Shown here piece by piece: positions 58,376 to 64,000 of a DNA stretch of 64,000 nucleotides. A program made the position numbers and the translations under genes. The stretch is taken from positions 48,891-112,890 of the forward strand of contig CABYIR010000002.1 in assembly GCA_902518955.1 (NCBI GenBank), in the 5' to 3' direction. A model generated the notes under the pieces. It was not told where the DNA came from and searched no databases. It was given only the letters and a program-made list of their open reading frames with translations. The DNA is from an uncultured Pelagibacteraceae bacterium. GTDB lineage: Bacteria > Pseudomonadota > Alphaproteobacteria > Pelagibacterales > AG-422-B15. The number at the start of each line of letters is the position of its first letter. Position 1 is the stretch's first letter.

Positions 58376-59167
58376 ATGTATTTTTTTCCAGTTATTCTGT
58401 TAGCAATTATTCAAGGAATTACAGAGTTTTTACCAGTAAGCTCTTCAGCCCACTTAATAGTTGCCTCAGATTTCATCGAATTTACATATGAAAACATTGC
58501 TCTCGATGTCAGCCTTCATTTAGGGACTCTGCTTGCAGTTATAGTTTACTTTAGATCAGATATTTTATTAATAATGAGTGGGATCATTGATTCTCAGAGT
58601 AAGGGAAGAAATACTGCTATTCAAATATTTATTGCTACTGTTCCAATCGTAATCTTTGGAGGTCTCGCTTTCATGACGGGGATAGTTGACTATTTCAGAA
58701 ATATTCAAGTTATTGCACTTTCAACTATTATTTTTGGAATCATTCTTTATTACGCTGATAATCAAAATAATAAAAAAATCAAAACTATTGATGAGTTAAA
58801 CATTGGAGAAAGTTTTATCATTGGACTTTTTCAAGTTCTAGCAATAATTCCTGGAACATCAAGATCAGGCATTGTTTATAGTGGAGGCAGGTTCTTAAAT
58901 ATATCACGAATAGAAGCTCTGAGATTTGCAATGCTACTTTCGATACCTACTATTTTACTATCTACATTTATTCCAACCTATAAATTTATAGAAAGCCCAT
59001 CTTCTGAGTTTTTGTTAATGGGCGCTGTTGGTCTTATTGTTTCATTTGGAACTGCTTATCTTTCAATCAGCCTGTTGATGAGTTGGGTAAGAAAATTTTC
59101 GATGGTACCATTTGTAATTTATAGAATAATCTTGGGGAGTGTTCTATTGCTATATTCAATTATATAA
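58376..59167 (+). CDS. uppP: undecaprenyl-diphosphate phosphatase
   Basis: 263 aa with EFLPVSSSAHL and PGTSRSG. Confidence 0.9.
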   Translation: MYFFPVILLAIIQGITEFLPVSSSAHLIVASDFIEFTYENIALDVSLHLGTLLAVIVYFRSDILLIMSGIIDSQSKGRNTAIQIFIATVPIVIFGGLAFMTGIVDYFRNIQVIALSTIIFGIILYYADNQNNKKIKTIDELNIGESFIIGLFQVLAIIPGTSRSGIVYSGGRFLNISRIEALRFAMLLSIPTILLSTFIPTYKFIESPSSEFLLMGAVGLIVSFGTAYLSISLLMSWVRKFSMVPFVIYRIILGSVLLLYSII

Positions 59168-59503
59168 TTTTTTTTTAATTTTAAATCTATAGAATAATAA
59201 AATAGCAATTACTTTGTAAGCTATCTTACTGATTGTATAGATAATTGGAAGATTTATAATTTTAGCAACAAATTGAAATCCGCTTGTATGATTCCAAACG
59301 TATATAAATGCGTCAACCCCAACGAGTTCACTATTATCTGAAAATCTTATATGAAGCTGCTTTAGATATTTATCACCTAATTGACTACAATCTCGAAATT
59401 TAAGTTTTGATCTTTTTTTATAATGATTTATTTCAAAGTTACAGATGCTGCACTCTTCATTAAATAAAACTACGCCATCATCTTTTGAATATTCGTTATT
59501 CAT
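59156..59503 (-). CDS. DCC-family (DUF393) thiol-disulfide oxidoreductase-like protein
   Basis: 115 aa with an N-terminal CxxC (CSICNFEI) and a C-terminal hydrophobic segment. Confidence 0.6.
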   Translation of the reverse strand: MNNEYSKDDGVVLFNEECSICNFEINHYKKRSKLKFRDCSQLGDKYLKQLHIRFSDNSELVGVDAFIYVWNHTSGFQFVAKIINLPIIYTISKIAYKVIAILLFYRFKIKKKLYN

Positions 59504-60002
59504 ACACTGAAGATATTAAACTCCTTAGTTCATTTCTTTCAGTACAATTAAAAATACAGAGATCATTCAATTTTTCTAGATTTTCTTCAGCCATTTCTAA
59601 TCTGTTTGTCTCAATGTATAACTCACCCTGATATTCTAATATTCCAACGTGATTTGGATTTATTTCTAATCCAACAGCATAATATCTCTCTGCATCATCA
59701 AAATTTTTAAGTTTTCTTGATACAAAGCCTATATAATTCCAACCATTAGCATCATTTGGATTCTCATAAACATATTGCTCTAAATCAACTAAGGCTCCAT
59801 CAAAATTTTCATTTCTTACTTTAATAACAATTTTTGCCAAATCACCATTATAGTTAGAACTTAACGAATTCCCATCACCAGCTGAGCTATCTGAGCCCCC
59901 TGAGCCCCCTGAGCCTCCTGAGCCCCCTGAGCCCCCTGAGCCAGCGCTATGGGCAACACTTATTGAAAAAAATAATAAAAATACAATCTGCAAAAGTTTC
60001 AT
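59496..60002 (-). CDS. secreted TPR-repeat protein with a (GGS)n linker
   Basis: 168 aa. Signal peptide MKLLQIVFLLFFSISVAHS-A, then SGGSGGSGGSGGSGGS, then TPR-like repeats (WNYIGFVSRKLKNFDDAERYY...). Confidence 0.7.
   Translation of the reverse strand: MKLLQIVFLLFFSISVAHSAGSGGSGGSGGSGGSGGSDSSAGDGNSLSSNYNGDLAKIVIKVRNENFDGALVDLEQYVYENPNDANGWNYIGFVSRKLKNFDDAERYYAVGLEINPNHVGILEYQGELYIETNRLEMAEENLEKLNDLCIFNCTERNELRSLISSVYE
59891..59943. repeat. 9-bp tandem repeat (ctgagcccc), about 5.8 copies
   Basis: Read directly: units begin at 59891, 59900, 59909 (one substitution), 59918, 59927 and 59936 (partial). They encode the GGS linker on the minus strand. Confidence 0.9.
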
Positions 60003-60104
60003 TTTAATCTCGCTATAGTTTATAAATACTTTATTTAAATATATCTGAAATGACTTTAGACAAGATCATTGTGAGGTTTTTAATTAAAGTGCCAATTTGT
60101 CAGT

Positions 60105-60149
60105 ATTAAAAACCAAATATCCTATCAAAATTGATTATTGGTTTTTAAT
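60105..60149 (+). promoter_or_regulatory. 12-bp perfect inverted repeat upstream of glnB
   Basis: attaaaaaccaa (60105-60116) and ttggtttttaat (60138-60149) are separated by 21 nt. The repeat ends 14 nt before the glnB ATG. Confidence 0.3.
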
Positions 60150-60163
60150 ATATTTGAGAAATT

Positions 60164-60514
60164 ATGAAACTTATAACTGCTTTTATAAAACCCTTTAAGC
60201 TACATGATGTAAAAAAAGCTCTTGATGGAATGGGTGTTCAAGGCATGTCTGTCACTGAAGTTAGAGGATATGGGAGACAAAAAGGCCAGTCTGAACTTTA
60301 TAGAGGTGAAGAATATGAAGTAGCTTTTCTTCCAAAGATTAGAATTGAAATCGCAACTACAAATGAACTTGCGGAAAAAATGATACCGGCAATTATAAAA
60401 GGTGCTCAAACAGGAAAGGTGGGAGATGGTAAAATTTTAGTTTCTGATTTGGAGAATGTTTATCGAATAAGAACTGAGGAGTCTGGAATTGATGCTTTGG
60501 CTGAATACATTTAG
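60164..60514 (+). CDS. glnB: nitrogen regulatory protein P-II
   Basis: 116 aa. The T-loop GYGRQKGQSELYRGEEY places Tyr at position 51. No amtB or glnA is adjacent. Confidence 0.92.
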   Translation: MKLITAFIKPFKLHDVKKALDGMGVQGMSVTEVRGYGRQKGQSELYRGEEYEVAFLPKIRIEIATTNELAEKMIPAIIKGAQTGKVGDGKILVSDLENVYRIRTEESGIDALAEYI

Positions 60515-60663
60515 ATTAAAGAAAATTATTAAAAATAATTGGAATTTAAATCCTCCCACTGAAAAAATTGATATTGCATTATCAATATTCTTAATACTGC
60601 TAATATTACCAAAATAAACACTAAAATTAAGTATTTTCATAAAAGGTGATATACTGATTATTA

Positions 60664-62457
60664 ATGCTTAAAAAAATTTTTATTCTTACGTCATTTTTTT
60701 TACTTCAGATAATTTTTTCGAATGCTGACCAGCTATCTGATAAAGCTATACCTGAGTCATTTATGTCTTTATCTGTTGAAAAACTCTCACCCGAAGTCAC
60801 AAAATCATTAGATAACAAATTAAAAGGTAAAATGGTGACTGCAGAAAATTGGATGATAGTTACTGCAAATCCTTATGCTTCTCTTGCAGGTGCAGAGATA
60901 TTGGAAAAAGGTGGATCAGCTGCTGATGCGATGGTTGCTGCTCAAGTTGTACTGGGTTTAGTTGAGCCTGAGTCATCGGGTCTTGGTGGAGGAGCATTCT
61001 TATTATATTATGACAATAATAAAAATATTATTACAACACTTGATGGAAGAGAAACAGCTCCTCTAAAAGCATTATCATCAAGGTTTCAAAAAGAAAATGG
61101 GCAACCAATGAAATTCTTTGATGCTGTAGTCGGGGGTCTTTCTGTTGGTACTCCTGGAGTACCTGCATTACTTTTTGAAGCTCATAAAAAATGGGGTTTA
61201 ATAAAATGGAATAAGTTATTTGATAATGGAATCTATTTAAGTGAGAATGGTTTTTCAGTATCTAAAAAACTATCAGAGTCGATAAAGAGAGATAAGCAGA
61301 GACTGTATAGTTTCAAACAAACTAAGGATTATTTTTTTCCAAATGGATTAGCGTTAGCACACCAAGATATAATAAAAAATGAACATTATGCTTCAACATT
61401 AAAATTAATTTCTAACTCTGGTATTAAAGAATTTTATGAAGGAAAAATTGCTAAAGATATTTTAAATACTTTAAAAAAATCAAATAGTGAAAAACAATTA
61501 TTAGAAGAAAAAGATTTAAAAAATTATAAAATTATTGAAAGAGCGCCTGTATGCATAAATTATAAAATTTATGATGTATGTGGAATGGGACCACCTTCAT
61601 CTGGAGGTATAGCAGTTGCTCAAATTCTTGGAATTTTAGAAAATTATGATTTAAAATCATTAGGTTACTCAAATCCTAAAACATGGCAAATTATTGGAGA
61701 TGCTACAAGACTAGCATTTGCGGATAGGGGGCTTTATGTAGCTGATAGTGACTACGTGTTTGTTCCAACAGAAGCTTTAATAGATAAAAAATACTTAGCA
61801 ACCAGAGCTGATAAAATTAAGCCAGGTGAAAGAACATTAGATGTAAAACCTGGAGATCCACTGCAAAATCAAACTCTAAACTATTCAAAGAATTTTTCAA
61901 TTGAACGACCTTCTACAACTCATATTTCGATTGTTGATCAATATGGAAATGCATTATCCATGACATCGTCAATAGAGAATGCATTTGGATCAAGACTTAT
62001 GACCCAAGGGGGCTTTTTACTGAATAACCAATTAACTGATTTTTCATTTAAAGATGAAGTAGACGGCAAACTAATTGCAAATAGAGTACAGCCAGGCAAA
62101 AGACCAAGATCTTCTATGTCTCCAACAATTATACTTAAAGATGGTTATCCAATACTTGTAACTGGATCACCGGGGGGCAGCAATATAATTAGCTTTGTTA
62201 CTAACTCTATAATTGCATTCTTAGAATGGGATTTAGATATTCAACAAAGTGTATCCTTGCCTCATGCAATAAATAAATGGGGCAAATATGAAATAGAAGA
62301 GTCTCTTAATGTCACCAATTTAAAGCATTCACTTGAATTAATGGGATATGAAACAAAGTATAGAAAATATTTTTCAGGTCTAAACGCAATTTATATTGGT
62401 GAAATGCTAGAAGGTGGAACTGATCCTCGTCGTGAAGGTATTGTGCTAGGTAATTAG
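60664..62457 (+). CDS. ggt: gamma-glutamyltransferase
   Basis: 597 aa with a signal peptide, the autoprocessing/catalytic Thr context RPSTTHISIVD, and GSPGGS. Confidence 0.9.
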   Translation: MLKKIFILTSFFLLQIIFSNADQLSDKAIPESFMSLSVEKLSPEVTKSLDNKLKGKMVTAENWMIVTANPYASLAGAEILEKGGSAADAMVAAQVVLGLVEPESSGLGGGAFLLYYDNNKNIITTLDGRETAPLKALSSRFQKENGQPMKFFDAVVGGLSVGTPGVPALLFEAHKKWGLIKWNKLFDNGIYLSENGFSVSKKLSESIKRDKQRLYSFKQTKDYFFPNGLALAHQDIIKNEHYASTLKLISNSGIKEFYEGKIAKDILNTLKKSNSEKQLLEEKDLKNYKIIERAPVCINYKIYDVCGMGPPSSGGIAVAQILGILENYDLKSLGYSNPKTWQIIGDATRLAFADRGLYVADSDYVFVPTEALIDKKYLATRADKIKPGERTLDVKPGDPLQNQTLNYSKNFSIERPSTTHISIVDQYGNALSMTSSIENAFGSRLMTQGGFLLNNQLTDFSFKDEVDGKLIANRVQPGKRPRSSMSPTIILKDGYPILVTGSPGGSNIISFVTNSIIAFLEWDLDIQQSVSLPHAINKWGKYEIEESLNVTNLKHSLELMGYETKYRKYFSGLNAIYIGEMLEGGTDPRREGIVLGN

Positions 62458-62462
62458 AATAA

Positions 62463-62552
62463 TGGCGGAAAGGATGGGATTCGAACCCACGATACGGTCA
62501 CCCGCATACACGCTTTCCAAGCGTGCGCCTTCAACCACTCGGCCACCTTTCC
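62463..62552 (-). tRNA. tRNA-Ser (anticodon GGA)
   Basis: The reverse complement reads GGAAAGG-TG-GCCGAGTGGTTGAAGGC...CACGC-TTGGAAA-GCGTG, then a long variable arm, GTGGGTTCGAATCCCAT and CCTTTCC-G-CCA. 90 nt. Confidence 0.9.
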
Positions 62553-64000
62553 TTATTCAACTTTCAACGCTGCAATAAACGCCTCTTGAGGAATATCTAC
62601 TTTGCCAAAAGTTCTTAATCTTTGCTTACCTTTTTTTTGTTTATCAAGAAGCTTTCTTTTTCTATCAGTTGCCCCACCGCCATGAATTTTTTCAATCACA
62701 TTTTTTCTATACCCACTAACAGTCTCTCTTGCGATAATTTTGCCGCCAATAGCAGCTTGAATAGGAATATGAAATTGATGTCTAGGAATAAGTTCTTTTA
62801 ATTTTTCACAAATAGCTCTTCCTTTCCTGGCAGAAAAATCTCTGTGAACAATCATTGATAAGGCATCGACTGGCTCTGCATTCACTAGAAGACTTAATTT
62901 TACAAGATCACTTTCTTTGTATTCATCTATTTCATAATCAAAACTTGCGTAACCACTTGAGATTGATTTTAATCGATCATAAAAATCAAATACTATTTCA
63001 TTTAAAGGCAATTGATAAATTAAGATGACTCTTGTTTCTGAATAATTTAATTCATATTGAATTCCTCTTTTATCTTCACATAATGAAATAATATTGCCTA
63101 CAAATTCATTTGGGCAAATTATAGTAGCTTTAATCCAAGGCTCAGAAATTGATCTTATAAGCGTTGTATCTGGCATATCAGCTGGATTATGCAGCTCAAT
63201 CATTTCGCCTTTATTCATTTCAATATTATAAATTACGCTTGGGGCTGTTGTAATAAGATCTATATCAAATTCACGATCTAATCTTTCAACTATTATTTCG
63301 AGATGCAATAAGCCAAGGAAACCACATCTAAAACCCATACCTAAAGCAGCTGATGTTTCCTGTTCAAAATGAAAACTAGAATCGTTAAGTCTTAGTTTCG
63401 CTAAAGCATCTTTTAAAAATTTAAAATCTGCTGCATTTGTGGGAAATAAACCACAAAATACAACTGGTTGACTGGGTTTAAACCCCGGTAATGGCAGTGT
63501 TTCCCTGTCATTAGCCATTATAATTGTATCACCCACCTTGGTCTGAGCTACTTCCTTTATTGCTGCAGTTATATATCCTAACTCACCAGTTTTAATTTCA
63601 TCAACAGAAGTCATTTTTGGATTAAATGTTCCGACTCTCTCAATTAGATGCTTTGAATTTGTTGCATGAAATTTTACTTCCATACCTTTCTTTATTGATC
63701 CATCAATCACCCTTACCAATATTACAACACCCAAGTAAGCATCGTACCAACTATCAACTAGCATGGCTTTCAATTTGTTATTAGGCTCACCCGTTGGAGG
63801 TGACAATTCTAAAACAACTGTTTCCAATACATCTTCAATGCCAATTCCTGATTTAGCAGATATTTCTAAAACTTTAGATGTATCAACGCCAAGAATTTCT
63901 TTGATTTGTGTTTTTACCCTTTCTGAATCAGCTGCAGGCAAGTCTATTTTATTTAAAACAGGTATAATTATATGATCATTATCAACAGCTTGATAAAGGT
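62553..64000 (-). CDS. lepA: elongation factor 4 (LepA), 5'-truncated by the window edge
   Basis: The frame stays open upstream of the track start. My translation of 63942-63998 gives ...[28 protein letters not shown], typical of LepA. The stop TAA at 62553-62555 abuts tRNA-Ser. Confidence 0.93.
   Translation of the reverse strand, partial: LYQAVDNDHIIIPVLNKIDLPAADSERVKTQIKEILGVDTSKVLEISAKSGIGIEDVLETVVLELSPPTGEPNNKLKAMLVDSWYDAYLGVVILVRVIDGSIKKGMEVKFHATNSKHLIERVGTFNPKMTSVDEIKTGELGYITAAIKEVAQTKVGDTIIMANDRETLPLPGFKPSQPVVFCGLFPTNAADFKFLKDALAKLRLNDSSFHFEQETSAALGMGFRCGFLGLLHLEIIVERLDREFDIDLITTAPSVIYNIEMNKGEMIELHNPADMPDTTLIRSISEPWIKATIICPNEFVGNIISLCEDKRGIQYELNYSETRVILIYQLPLNEIVFDFYDRLKSISSGYASFDYEIDEYKESDLVKLSLLVNAEPVDALSMIVHRDFSARKGRAICEKLKELIPRHQFHIPIQAAIGGKIIARETVSGYRKNVIEKIHGGGATDRKRKLLDKQKKGKQRLRTFGKVDIPQEAFIAALKVE

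Noticed and set aside
59891-59943. Short tandem repeats as a possible CRISPR-like or other repeat array.
   Set aside because: The 9-bp units are contiguous with no spacers and lie in frame inside a CDS, where they encode a GGS linker.

Overview
This is a visibly AT-rich, very gene-dense chromosomal segment. I did not compute GC content. I call about 66 protein genes and 3 tRNAs. Many neighbouring genes share ATGA or TAATG start/stop overlaps, and six convergent gene pairs overlap at their 3' ends. Gene content and local synteny look alphaproteobacterial and resemble a streamlined marine lineage: fdxA-carD, bolA / J-domain / cobS / cobT, aroK-aroB opposite xerD, and thrS-infC-rpmI-rplT-pheS. 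The exact taxon cannot be proven from this sequence alone. I found no transposase, phage integrase, CRISPR array, rRNA or recognisable defence system. Nearly everything is core metabolism: tyrC, lysA, argH, aroBK, pabBC, ispH, gltBD, glnB, ggt, accA, plus translation genes. Three things stand out. (1) The core of the ethylmalonyl-CoA pathway is present: ccr, a long-form acyl-CoA dehydrogenase that is probably mcd, ecm and mcl. It sits with etfBA, a PduO-type cobalamin adenosyltransferase and mcm-meaB, which implies a B12-dependent C2 assimilation route. (2) The locus at 27.0-28.6 kb is odd. It holds a 93-nt tract of only A/T and a standalone Lys/Ala-repeat histone-H1-like gene that is open in two frames and carries an A12 run. 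Convergent to that gene is a CarD/CdnL homologue with a roughly 120-residue lysine-rich N-terminal extension. (3) Several housekeeping genes have remodelled architectures: a tail-anchored AccA, a ThrS without the TGS domain, infC with an apparent ATA start, and a 43-aa lipoprotein gene missing from the ORF track. All functional calls rest on motif and family recognition by eye, with no database search.
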